A DNA stretch of 64,000 bases from Vicugna vicugna (GCA_013265495.1 MU058198.1:5657779-5721778), one strand, 5' to 3'; positions 25,850 to 38,350 are shown, numbered from the stretch's first letter. Program-made: numbers and translations. Notes: generated by a model from the letters alone, not told the origin.

Positions 25850-26740
25850 TGATCACGGGCCCAGGCCACCATCACATCTTGTCCACGTTTCTGCAAGAGC
25901 CTCCTTACCAGTTTCTCTGGCTCTAGTGACCCCAGTCCAGCCCATCCTCTACACTGCTGGCAGAGTAATTCCTTCTGAAACACAAATATGAGCCTCTCTT
26001 TCTCCTGCTTAAAACACTTCAATAATCTCATGGCCCTCAGATACGGTTCAAATCCCTTAACAGGTTTCGTGGACCCTTTGTGACCTGGTTCCTGTTCACC
26101 TCTCCAGCCACACCTCACCACTCTGCAAGCTTTAGCCTAGTGACTCTACCCTGGCTGAATACTAGCATGACCCCACCCCCAGAAATAACGATTTACATGG
26201 TCGGGGATGAGGTGCAGGCACTGGTATTTTTTCAAAGCCCTCAGGTGCAGCTGGAGCTGAGGGGCACTGCCTGAACCCATCAGAATGGCTGGGAGGTCCG
26301 CACAACTCCACATTGTCCCACTCTGTGCTTCCCCATCCCTGCTCCTGCAACACCTTCCTCTTTCTTGGTTTCAGTGTAGGGTGACACCTCCTTATCCCTT
26401 AAAACCCAGTTCCAGGGAACCTCCCTGACCCCAGCTTCCCAGTCTGAGCTGGAAGTGTTCCTCTGAGTTCCCACAGTCCCCTCAGCTTAACCCCATCAGG
26501 CATTCACCACACTGATATTAACTGTCTGCACCACCTCAGATAGGTGGTGGCCTTCCTGGGGAACCTTCCTTCCTCCAATGGCAGGGCCTTCAGTGTCTCC
26601 TTCATTAGATGACTCAACACAGGCTCCTTGAATGGATGAATTCATGAGCGAAAACAGGAACTTGATTGTCTTTTCACTGCTCCCCCCTCCTCCCCTAGTC
26701 AATGCCAATGCACATAGCAGGTGCTCAAGAAATGCTTGTC
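25850..26740 (+). mobile_element. Fragmented L2 with a MER5-like insert (about 26170-26275)
   Basis: 'ctcctgcttaaaacacttcaataatctc', 'ttaaaacccagttcc', 'gcacatagcaggtgctcaagaaatgcttg'. Confidence 0.6.
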
Positions 26741-27643
26741 GCGCAGATTAATAAATCTCAGACACGAGAGATGAGCCTCCATGCTGTCCTCATCTTTACA
26801 GGAGAGCTCTGGGGAGCAGAGACAAATCAAATTAAACTTTCTACAGTTGTGCTAAAATGGAATTTGCCAAAGACGTCCTGAGAAATGGATTTAATTAGGC
26901 CCGTTAATAGGGGAATCATTGGTGGCTAAGATTTAAAGCTGAGGCTGGAAAAGCTATCGATAATTTTACCATTTTAAATTATATAGGAGGTTATTTCTCA
27001 CTCCTGCCTTAATTGTAAGAACGCAACTCGATGAAACCTCAGCTTTGGAGGGAAATAAGGCCAAGGTAGAGGCAAGATCTGATACTTCACTGAAACAGAG
27101 CATCAGAGGATCACAGCCGAGCTCAAGGGACTCAGCCCAGGTGTGCTGGATGCAGGGCAAGGGGACCAGTGGCACTGCACAGCCAGATCTCATTACACTA
27201 ACAATTGTCAGTACAACCCAAGGTGGCTTTTAATTGCAAGAAACATCCAGGAGAGGGAAAGGTGCCAGCGGTCGGTCTCTAATGACGGCATGAAATTCTG
27301 CATAGGTTTTCAGAGACCCACAGATTTCTTGCATTCCATTCCCCCATTAGGCAGTTTTAGAGACCTGAGTTTTAACTGGTTCCACAATCAGATCCTGGAC
27401 GGGACACGCCCTTCTTCTGTAGCTCACTGCTGTTGGAAACACTCAGCTGTCGCCAAATTATGGAGCCAAATAAAAACAGCTCAGTTTCGGTTCTAGCTTC
27501 CTTCGGATACAGAGACCCTTGAATACCCATTGGAAGTCCGTCTGTTCTCTGGCGACTCAGGAAATGAGTCTTGATACATAATAGGGCATCACTCATTCTA
27601 CAAATCTTTGTGGAGTGTAACTGCGTATCAGGCCCTGTCTGGG

Positions 27644-27866
27644 TAGAGCTGGGACTAGGGTGAGGCAAGTGAGGAAAAATTGAAGAGAGCAAAAAAACTC
27701 AGGCATCAAGATCATCTATTTTTCAATACAGTATTATTAAAAACAAGAATTAATGCAAATATATATAGTGAACAAATAGCAAAATTTTAACCAAGGACAA
27801 GATCTAAGTAAGGACTTAAGTCCTTGCAGGACCTGCCTCTCCTGCTTCACTGCAGCCCCAGCCCTG
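27644..27866 (+). mobile_element. MER96B-like hAT element inserted in a minus-strand L2
   Basis: TIR-like ends 'gctgggactagggtgaggcaag' and 'cctgcttcactgcagccccagccctg'; internal 'aaaaaactcaggcatcaagat...attaatgcaaa'. Confidence 0.75.
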
Positions 27867-30800
27867 GTTCTAGGCACTGGGGATACATCAGTAACTGGGC
27901 AGAACCCCTCCCTCACATAAATGCTCAGGTGGGTGGGAGACAGACAATGAACAAAATAACCACAGCAAGTATATGGCAAGAAATAAAGGAGAGAAGGGGA
28001 CCGTCCACAGTAAACATCTCAAAACCACCTCCCCGATTCAGACTTTCCACTTCCTGGTGTAGGAGAAAGGACAGGGACTGCCGGGTCAGTCGGAGGGACA
28101 GATCCCAGCCCCACCAGCCACCCACGCTAGGTCTCAGGGCGCTGCAGTCACTTGCTTCCCAGGCTTTATTCTTGCATTCTGCAGCCTAGGAATGGAAAGG
28201 TGGAAGTTCATAACAAAGACAACTTCTGTGCGCACTCTGCCTGCAGCCCTGTGCTAAGCTCATTAAGTTCATTTCCTCATTTAACCCTTGCTGCAATCCA
28301 GTGACAGTGGCTATTTCTATGGCGTGGAAAGCTGACACCTGACGTTGAACCCAGGGGAGAGCAAGGCTTTCAAGTTCTTCAGGACAAGTTCCCAGCCATA
28401 ACGCTGCACACCTCAAACAGAAGCAGGGTTCTGCGCCTAAGTGGCCTGGAGCAAATCCCTGGGTTTCTTTCTGAGCCTTACTGTCTTCATCTGCAGAATG
28501 GGCATAACAACACTTCCCACCTGTCAGGACCAATGAAGCCAGGCGTCTGGTATACTGTGAGGGCCCTGTAAATGTGGACACCCCGCCTCCCCCTCAGCCC
28601 TGCCCTGGGCAGTGATACCCGTCTCCAAGGCAACGGGGCAGAATCAACCAGTGAAGTTCAAATGCATCCCATTTCCTATTTTCCTGACAGCCTATTTCAT
28701 GGATCACAGAGACCCAAGTACAGCTGCTTATTCAACAGAGGAGAGAATGAATTCATTTTCATTCCTTAATACCCGATGTGACCTATTCTCTGTTGATCTC
28801 TCCTTTCCGAGGCTCCAGCCCTTCCCGTGGACTTTCAATTTGGACAGAGAGGGGGACTGTGCAGTCGGTAATGACAGAATGTCCTGCCCAGAGGATGCTG
28901 GGAGCCGCATCAGTGCCATGCAGTAATAAGTCCAAATGAAAGATATTATGTCACCTCATTTGAATTAAACAGATGAACTACAGTCCTAGACTATTAAAAA
29001 TGAACCAATCTGCTGGACGGCTTCCAAGTGCTCAGTGCTCAGCACCCCCTAAAAAGTGCCTGGCTCCCACAGGGTTTTATATTCTCATTTTCTGCCAGTA
29101 ATTCCTCCTCTCTGCAAACAGGGAGGAATAATGTGTGCAAAAGGCCAGCACCCATCGGCAGCGGCCACTTTCCACGGGCAGCCCTGCTATGCTAACTCAG
29201 GGCCAGCCCTGCCCTCATTGGGGCTCCCTCCCCTGGGCTCCTGGGAGCGGGGCAGCCTGGCATGGAGGGTGCTCTGGGAAGCACCAGGGAGCCACAGGGC
29301 CGGCAGCCAGGGCTGGTCTGCGGACCAAGTAATGATCAACTGCCCCCAGCAATGTTTTCTCCTCTGATTTCTGGGGAGCTCCCCGCCTGCACCCCAAAAG
29401 CCCAGGGAGGGAGGCAAGTTGACAGCATTGCTTCCCTTTACAGATGGGGAAACCAAGGCGCCAGAACCCAGAGCGCTTGGGGTCACATCACTGAACCCAG
29501 CATGACTGGGAGGGAAGGCCCCTGGGTCGTGCTTCTGCTCCCTGTCTCCCACTGTGCACCCCCCCTTCCACAGCACAAGTGGCCTCTCCCTCAAGCTCTG
29601 CCACCCCATGCTTCATGGCCCGGGCACCATTTCCCTCTCTGAGAACCTCTGTCCCCATCTGCAAACCTGTAATTCCCCGGTGCCCCTCACAGGTAGACTG
29701 GACTGGGAGCCAGAAGACCAGGCTGAATCCCAGCTCAGCCGCTAACAAGCCGTGCAGTTTTAGGAAATCTTGTTCTGCTCACTGAGCCTCAGTTTTCGCA
29801 TCTGTAGCTTGGGACTTAATAACTAAAGGCTGATCTCCAAAGCTCCTCTGCTCTGACATCCTACCCTGCCCCCAACCAGAACCCCATCCAACATGCAGTT
29901 AACATCCTCCTGGCTTTAGAGCTCAGCACCTGGGGGCACGAGGTAATTCTGCTTTCTCATTTAATCCACTCCGGTGTGCCCTATGTTGACGATAAAGAGG
30001 CTTTATACCAAAACTGAATAACAATAGTAATTAAACCTACTCAGCTTTCCAAGTGTCAGTCGTGGCTCTAAGTGTTTCGCATCTACTCATTCAGTAGAAC
30101 TTTATGGAACGCTTGAGCCTCTTCCAGGCACTGGAGACGCAGCAGCGGCAAGGCACACGCCCCCTGACCTCAAGGATGGCGAGAGCCGACATCTCCTGGC
30201 CCTGTTTCTCAGGGGAGGAGACTGGGCTGAGAGGGTGTGGATAACCTGCCCAGGTGCAGAGCTGCAGGGGCAGAGCCTGGGACCCAGCACCCAGGACTTG
30301 CGAGTGTTTAGAGCCGAAAGACTGGCACACTGGGGCTTCTGAGAGCGCACTTCCCACATCCTGCGGTCTAGCCGACGGCGCGCAAGCTTGAGTGTTCTTA
30401 AGGATGTCTGACGGATGAAGCGGGCTTTCAGGGGTCATTTAGCCCATAGCTGACTTCACCTCTGGTTAAGACGACGGACTCACCCCAGTTTGCTCAGCAC
30501 TGTTCCTCTCTAAAACTGAAAGTTCCATCTGCCCGAAGCCCCCTCAGTCACACGCTGAATTGAGACTTTAACACCCACGTGGGGCTCCTGCCCTGCCTGT
30601 TTCGTGCTCAGCACCCTCTCCCAGCAGGGTCTCCCCTGCTCCTCTCCTGAGACCCACACCCTGACTGAGGCCGACAAGGCAAACGGGTCTGACATCCACT
30701 CTGGGGGGTTTAACCTCTCTGGGCCCAGCGGCATGAAGCCCCCAGGAGTGTGAGACCTGGCATTCTCTCAGACAGCTTTCGGGTCCGGATCTGGGAGTTT

Positions 30801-31189
30801 TTGGCCAAGGTCCATTTTACATCATCTCTCGGGGCTTCTAGTTTATCAATCCATTTCCACTTCTTCCCTACAACTCCGGGGTAACACAAGACAAGTACCT
30901 AATACTAAGCGTCTATGGAGTGCCGACTGTATGCCAGGCTGGCCTCCTGGAATCCTCACTGCAACCTAGAACAAGCCGCATCACCATTTGCAGATGAGGC
31001 AAGGCGAGCAGACTCCACTGATGCCCCAACCCGTCTTTTGACCCCCAGGGTACAGATGGGAGCTGACTGATGGCTTCTCACCCAACTGCTTCCCCAACTC
31101 TCCTCCCTCTCCATCCCCTCGCCTCCACCCTCCTCCACCTCCAGGCTTTCACTAGCATCACAGAAGTTGCTCAACCTGCTCAGGAGAAA

Positions 31190-31434
31190 TAGGAAGTGCG
31201 CCCCAGAGGGGACAGGAGCCAGCGGCTAACCCCCAGCCTCTGAGAGGCCCCAGCAGCCCCGAACCCCAGGCCAGCTGGCTACACTCTCAATAAACACCCC
31301 TTCATCAGCTTTCCTTCCCTCCCTGTCTTCCCACCCATCTCTTCCCTGGGTTTCTTGGAACCACCTCCCAAACAAACTACTAGTACCCAAGTCATGCCTT
31401 AAGGTCTACTTTGTGGGGAACCCAAACTGAGACA
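31190..31434 (+). mobile_element. LTR16-like 3' fragment
   Basis: 'accacctcccaaacaaactactagtacccaagtcatgccttaaggtctactttgtggggaacccaaactgagaca'. Confidence 0.65.
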
Positions 31435-31999
31435 GAAAGGTTAGGTAACTTGCCCAAGATCACACAGCTGGTAAGCAGCGGCAGATCCTGGATTTGAACT
31501 CAGACATCCTGCTTCCTACACCGAATGAATTGGTCGATGACTCTGTTGCACAGGTCCCATGCTTGATCTGGGAATCCTCATCCCCCTCCCCACTTTTCAG
31601 GCAGCTTCTCCTCCCTCCTCCCTTCCCCTCCCCACCCTCCACACACCAAGTCCACAATGAAGAACTTCCGAGACAATTCTTTTGCCCCAGATCACAGGAA
31701 GCTGGGTGACGTGCTCTGAGTAGAGAGTGAGTGCATCCTGGTGACATTCAGCTCCCCGAGAGGCTCACTCCTTTTCAGCCACCCCAGCCTCCTTCCGGTC
31801 CCTGTCCCACCCAAGTGGCTCCACTCTGTGCCCACATCTTCAGCTGAAGCTGAACATTCTGGAATGGCCGTGTTTTATGACCAAATAATGTAGGCAACAG
31901 ATAACCCTTACTCCAGCCCTAAGCTGAACCTCATGGAAACATGCCAATAGAAGACGAGGCCCAAAGGATGCCGAGAAGCAGCTGCTCTGTACGTTACGT

Positions 32000-32510
32000 G
32001 CAATTAAAACAAATAGTAGATTTCATAGTCTGTTTGGGAGGAGCCTTCTCAGAACTCCTCCAGGGAAATGTCATGGGAAAGAGACACTTAAACGAATGTT
32101 TACTGCAGGGGAAAAAAAAAGGAACATAACCTAAATGTTCATCAATAGAATGGATGAATTATGACATTCATCAATGGAATACTCTAGCGTAGTGAAAATG
32201 AACTTGAGCTACACATGTAACGACAGAAGAATCTCACAAATATAATGTTGAACATAAGCAAGTTGTAGAAGGCTGTATAAAGAATGCCACTTATATCAAG
32301 ATTAATAGCACACAGAACAATTCCATGCTGGTTTAGGGATACTTCAAGTATAAAGATGTGCATCAGATTCAGGATTGCCATGGGGAGACACGACGGGGAG
32401 GGGTAAATGGGTTTTAGGCTATGTCAGCAATGTCTTATTTCTTGAATGAGTGATGAGCACATGAATATTCACTTTATTGTTTCTTTTTTTTTTTATGCCT
32501 TAAGTAATTT
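32000..32510 (+). mobile_element. Old L1ME 3' fragment
   Basis: 'aacctaaatgttcatcaatagaatggatgaatt...aatctcacaaatataatgttgaacataagcaagttgtagaag'. Confidence 0.7.
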
Positions 32511-32884
32511 TAAAAGTAGGGAGAAACTCAACCATGTGGCCACCTAGAGGAAGAACGACCTTTGTCTCTGGACAGAGCACCCCTCCGGGCCATGGCTGAG
32601 CTGGTTCTCTTTGTCTTGTCCTTGGAAGAAAGTATAGAGTCCCAGGTCCTGCTGCCAGGCACCCAGGTCACCCCAAGAGACCACCCATTTAAGCTCTGAG
32701 TCCTTGAAACCCACCCATGAACCGTTCAGGGAGTCGATGAATTTCTTAATTCAGTCATTCAATGAACATCTGTTAAGCATCTACTAATAAGTGTCATGCT
32801 TGGTGTTCTCGCCCACAATACTGCTTGATCAGAACTGCACACAGAATTACCTACGAAAAGGCACACATAACCAAGCCTCTCCCC

Positions 32885-33052
32885 CCAGCACAGCACTTCT
32901 CAGTGCTGACTGCACACTGGAGCCACCTGGAGAGCTTTGCAAAATTCTGATGCCAGAGCCTCACTCTCAACCAATTAACTCAGCACCTCTGCAAGTGGGA
33001 CCCAGGCATCCCCGGGTGATTCCCATGGGCAGCCAAGGGAGACAGCCACTGT
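32885..33052. mobile_element. MER5-like hAT element
   Basis: 'ctgcacactggagccacctggagagctttgcaaaattctgatgcc...accaattaactcag...gtgggacccaggcatc...ggtgattcc'. Confidence 0.7.
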
Positions 33053-33078
33053 CCTCGAAAATCCAAACATACGTTTAT

Positions 33079-33176
33079 AAAAAGCTCCCTACGGTCTCCA
33101 GAACTGTGAGAAAATAAATGTCTGTGGTTTTTTGTTTTTTTGTTTCTGATTTAAAAAAAAAAAAAAGCTCCCTACG
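33079..33176 (+). mobile_element. Short polyadenylated retroposed insert with 15-bp target-site duplication
   Basis: Perfect direct repeat AAAAAGCTCCCTACG at 33079-33093 and 33162-33176, flanking MLT1-like 'ctccagaactgtgagaaaataaatgtctgtggtttt' and an A14 run at 33153-33166. Confidence 0.8.
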
Positions 33177-33204
33177 TGGTTACAATACACACCCTGGGGC
33201 AGTT

Positions 33205-33700
33205 CATTGATTCACTCATCTGGTAAATGCTTAATGAGCATCTATTATGTGTCAGATACTATGCTGGGTATCGGAGGCAGAGCAGAGACTAAGAAATCTA
33301 AATCTCTGTCCTCACAAAGTTGACACTGTAGCAGAGAGAACCAACAGCAATAAATAACCAATACATAAAAACAATCACAAATCATAATTAATGCCCCAAG
33401 GCCCATAAATTAGGATGTGACAAAAGAATAACAGAGGGACCATCTTGGGGCAGGAGGGGACAGGGAAGACTTCCTGAGGGACACAGGAGCTGAAGTCTGA
33501 CAAGACCGAGGGGAAAAGCATTCCAGGGGGTAGAAACTGCCAGTGCAAAAGCCCTGCGGTGGGTAAGAGCTCAGAGTAAGAAAGTGGCCAGTGTGACGGG
33601 GCATCCAAGGTGAGGAAGGGGTAGGTGTGAGGTGGGATGAGGCTGAGAGAGAGCAGGAGCCAGACCAGGCAGGGCCGTGGAGGAACTGAGGTTAAACTCC
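33205..33700 (-). mobile_element. L2 fragment
   Basis: 'aaatgcttaatgagcatctattatgtgtcagatact...ggaaaagcattccaggggg...cagtgcaaaagccctgcggtggg'. Confidence 0.75.
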
Positions 33701-34000
33701 TGACTGGGATCATCTCTGCAGTCCTTACGAGGACTCAGCAAGGAGCAGGAGGCTCAGAAGATGAAGTGATAACTATAAAGAAACACAGCTCAAGAGGGTC
33801 TCCACTGGGACGCACGGCCAGGTCATGGCAAAGCAGAGGCCACGGGCCCCCCAAAACTGGTTCTCACCCTTCTGGCCACGAGCCCCTTTTGTGCCCAATG
33901 GCAGCCCCGGCTACTGATGCATCTGGTGCCAGGACAGCATTGTCTCCCTCCCCACCCGCCCTGCCCGCCTCACAGGCACCATCACCATGGGAACCGAGCC

Positions 34001-34042
34001 AGCCAATCAGAACACTCCCTTTTAAAAGGGAGCCTTATAAAT
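34001..34042 (+). promoter_or_regulatory. Candidate core promoter: CCAAT box, 18-bp palindrome, TATA box
   Basis: AGCCAATCAG 34001-34010; CTCCCTTTTAAAAGGGAG 34015-34032; TATAAA 34036-34041. Confidence 0.35.
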
Positions 34043-34142
34043 TGAGCCTCCACTGCCCCGAAGCGCCACACTCCACATTCAGAGGCCTCCAGGCCCCCTC
34101 CTCCTGGAGAAACCAGTTCAGTTGCCCCCCACTTTCCTCCAG

Positions 34143-35887
34143 GATAGAAAAGAGGAGTCTCCCGCCTGGAATGCTAGGGGCCCAGGTCCAGGCCTCCAGT
34201 CATCCAGCTTAGAGCCCCGTTCCACCTGCCATGTCACAGGGGCCACTCAGGAGCCCTTGAGAGGTTCCGGTGGTCACCTGGGGAACACCTGGAGCAGTGG
34301 GAGCGACGTGCTAAGCCTGCGACACTCCAGCCGGGAGGAATGCAGTGACGTCAGCCGGCTGAGCAGTGGGTACGCGGGGGATGAGGAGAGCAGCGAGGTC
34401 AGCTTGTTGGGCAGCCGTCGAATCGTGCAGTTGAACCGAAGGCTCCACATCCAGGCAGGCGGCGCCCAGACCAGCCAGGTGTGCGCCACCTACTCCCCCA
34501 AACAGCTGAAGAGCCGGCTGGCCAGCCAAGCCGACAGCACCGTGCAGACTGGAGGGGAAAACTGAGAGCAGCCTGCCTGGGGGCAGCGTGGACAGCCAGG
34601 CCAGCAGTCTGACCAGCCTCAGTTTCATCAGCCTGGGCAGCAGCGCCCTGAACTACCAGGTGAGCAGCGGGCCGGCCAGTTCCACGGGCAGCCTTCCCTC
34701 CAGCCAGGCCAGCAGCTACCAGAGCATCAACGTGGACGCCAACGTACAAAGTGGGCTGCAGAGCAATTCCAGTCTCCCAGCAGACAAGGCTGGGGACAGC
34801 GTGAATGTTAGTGACCAGGTTGCCAAGGGTGAGCAGCCTGCCCAGGTGCATGTGCCTTGAGGAGGGGACTGGCCGACCACTGGAAAATGTAGGCGTGAGG
34901 ACCCAACAAACCCAGACCTCACTCAACGTCGTGACTGCCCAAAAAAGTAGGAAAGACCTTTAAAAAGTACACACTGTGTCAAAATCTTCAATGGATGGCC
35001 CCATCTGTAGCAACCACCATCAGCAGAAGGGTCATCCATAACCAACCACAACAAGAATCAGCAGTCAACGCTGAGACCATCTCTGAGAACCACTGTTGGG
35101 AAGAACAAGGTCAAGTCCCATCCATGCTGGGTCCACATGTGTTAAGACCACCAGTGGCACTAACATCAGTCCTGTGAACCCCGGTGACGAGCCATCCCTA
35201 ACAGGATCCGTCAATGGCAAAACCATCTGTACTGAGAACCATCGCTGTGAGATCAACTGTGCCAAAACTCATCAGGGGGGACTACTGTTTTCAAGGCAAG
35301 GGCCAGCTGTATTAAGAACCATCTGAAGTTAGAAGAACCTTCCACGAAGAGACCACCCTAAGTGACACCAGCTACAACCAACACCAACCATGATGAGCTC
35401 AGAAGAAACAACCACCAACCACAGCTGGGATTGTCCGTGTCGAGAGCCAACTGAAGCGAGCACTGTCAAGGGGAGCCTTGTCCCTGGGGAGCCCAGTCCC
35501 AGGCACACTCTGTAACACACGCTGCCCACAGGAGCTGGGAGCATCTGGAGAGGACGCTCATGGTAACTGCATCAAGGGAGCCGCATCCCTGACGAGCATC
35601 ATCCAAAGCTTTACACTTTCATTTTGAACACTGTTTCCAGGCAGCTTCAGCCCAGGATCTTCCCAGGAGCAAATGCTCCCTGATGCACACCCGTGTCTCT
35701 GTTGGACCTCAGAGGAGGCAGAGAGATAAGAGACGAGGCCAGAAATTGTCCTTTGTCGAGGACTGTTGGGACAGTGTTTCCTGTGGCAGGACAATGCCAC
35801 AACAAATGCTTAATGGTGACAGAGACCAACCCAGCCAAGAATGGCTGCGATGGGAGAGCTCTGGGCCATTTAGTGAATGACCCCTAG
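34143..35887 (+). pseudogene. Candidate decayed large coding exon of a Ser/Thr-rich protein (identity unknown)
   Basis: Repeat-free 1.75 kb; consecutive protein-like reading frames broken by frameshifts and stops; AGC-Ser codon periodicity and CpG retention in 34300-34800; acceptor-like 'actttcctccag' ending 34142 and donor-like AG|GTGGGT at 35887/35888. Confidence 0.45.
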
Positions 35888-37799
35888 GTGGGTGAGAGGG
35901 CTGAGACCTCTGCCCTACCCCGTCTCAGGACAACATTGCCCTTCCCTGGGCTGACCACAGAGACTTGGGGGAGTGAGTGTGTCCACGGAGGGGCAGAGGC
36001 GAGAACAGTCATGAAGACATCCACTAGGAACCAGAAGGAAAGCTGAGGGGGCACCAAAGACAATAAAAGGTGTCTGGAGAGACTGCACATGTGTGAGTCT
36101 GTGTGCCTGTGTGCGCGTTCCTGGTGAGGCTGCCGAGACGGGGGGCCACGATCACACTGAAGAACTGAGGAGAGAGGAGGGCTTAACTACCAACTCTGCT
36201 ACTTCTAGGCAAAATCCCTTAACTTTCTGCACCTCAGTTTCCTCACGTGGAAAATGGGACCCCAATCCCCATTTCATACATAGATAGAATGGTTATGTGG
36301 ATTACACAAAAATGTATATTGAGTACCTGGCAAGTAACAGGCACTCAGCGTTTGCTGCCTTCCCTCTTCTCACTCATCTGTAAAATGGGCACTGCGGTTT
36401 CTGCCTGGTTTCACTCGCAGGCACAGAAAGGACAGCGATTGCTAGTAAGGAGAAGAGGGTCCTTGACATGAAAAAAAAAAAAACAGATGCACAAATGGAG
36501 TCTGGAGTCATGGCATCTGCTTAGGAGTCAAAACTGTTCCACAGATGGTTTTGATAAATTGAAGAGGGGTGAGGGGTTGAGGACACCCCGTCTCTGGACA
36601 GGTGGGTTCCTTCTCTTCAAGCATGAGCGCCCCTTTGGAGTACAATGTCCCCCACTTTCCTGCAGGCAAAGTTGTTCAGCAGGACCCGAGCTCCTTCTCT
36701 TGTCCTATCTCTCATAGGACAAGAGAAGGACCCCGCCCCTGTCCAAGGAACCCCCCGTCTGCAGGTGGCTGCAGGAGAGCTTGGCTGCCTCATCACCCCC
36801 CCACCCCCATCTTGCCTCAACTGACCGGCACTCCCCCACTTTCCCATCTCAGAGGTCAATGAAGGGCCACAGAGGCCAAGCTGCCGGCACAGCAGGACCA
36901 GACAACTGCACCCTGGGGCCCTCAGCCTGCAGGCCACAGACTCCTTGGACACAGTATGGCCAAAGCTCAGCTCGGCGCCTTCCCCTGACCACACCCTCCT
37001 CCCTTGTCCCTTCTCAGCACACATCATCGCTCTCAATTGTCCAAGCTGGGCCCATGCATCACACTGGTCTGCCCCTGCCCTAGCCACACGTCCCATCAGT
37101 CCCTGAACACCACCCACCTGCACCGCTGACCCCCTAACCCAGGCTGTCATCTTCCTCCCAGCCTCGGCTGCACCCTAGAACCACCTGGAGGACATTTTCA
37201 AAAACCAGATGCCCAGGCATCCCCGACTTAGCCTAGGCACCATCAGTGCTTAAGGTCCCCCAGGTGACACTACTGTTCATCCAGGACTGGGGAATGTCAC
37301 TGTCCTTGGTCTCTTCCCCCTCTGATCCACTGTCAACCCCTGGGGTCAAAAACGGACACCTGCCAGGACCAGGAAGGAGAGGGAGTCAGCTGGGACCTTG
37401 GCATGTGTCCCCTCTAAAAGAAGCCAGACATGTAGAATTCTACATAGAATGTCCCAATTTTTTTTTAACATGGGCCACAAATTCAAAAAAATTCTAAAAG
37501 CACGAGGCAAATGAAAACATTTCTGGAGGCAGGATCAGGCCTATATACCCAATGGCTTTTGCTTCTAAACAGAGAGCAATCTCTCAGAAACAAAAATGTG
37601 CTTCTATTCCTTGACTGCCTAAAAACGTTCAAATTTTCCCACCATCCAAAGGATTTGCCATGACATTCAAGCTTGTCACAAACTGCCCTAAACATGTTTT
37701 CCCTCCCTCAGCTCCTGCTCCTTCCTCCTCGACCTCTACATACTGTCCCAAACCTGAATTCAAGCCTCTGGGCCTTTGCACATGCTGTTCCCTCTGCCT

Positions 37800-38350
37800 G
37801 GCATAATTTGCATGCAGTATAATTTACATGCAATGGAATTCACCCTGTGCTAGTGTGCAGTTCTACGATTTTTGACAAACACTCACATGCAGTCATGTAT
37901 ACACCACCACCCTTAGAACAGCAAATAGTACCATCACCCCCAAAATCCCATTATCCCTTTTTATATCAGTCCCTCCTCCCTCCCCTACAATCACTGACCA
38001 GATTCCTGTGCCGACAGTTTTCCAGAATGTCATAGACATGGAATCACACAGCTTGAGCCTGGCTGCTTTCACTTAGCTAATGCATCTGTGACCCACTGAT
38101 GTTTCTGTTTGTCCTGAGTAGCATCCCTGGTTTATCCACCCTCTCGTTGAGAGGCATTCGGGTTGTTTCTGTGACTATGAAGCAGCTAATAAACATTTAT
38201 GTACAGGATTTTGTGCGAACGCAAGTTTATCATTTCACGGGGGTGAGTACCTAGGCGGGGACTATCAAGCGACATGTAAGTGTGCTTCACTTTATAAGAA
38301 ACTGCCAAGACGTTTTCCAAAGGCAGCATTACCTTACAGTCGCCAGAACT
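37800..38350 (-). mobile_element. Old L1M 3' fragment
   Basis: 'ataatttacatgcaatggaattcaccc...gcagttctacgatttttgacaaac...ttccagaatgtcatagacatggaatcacacag...ctttataagaaactgccaa'. Confidence 0.75.

Noticed and set aside
29925..29940. CTCF-like motifs here and near 11940 and 50350
   Set aside because: Mismatches or spacing errors at core positions
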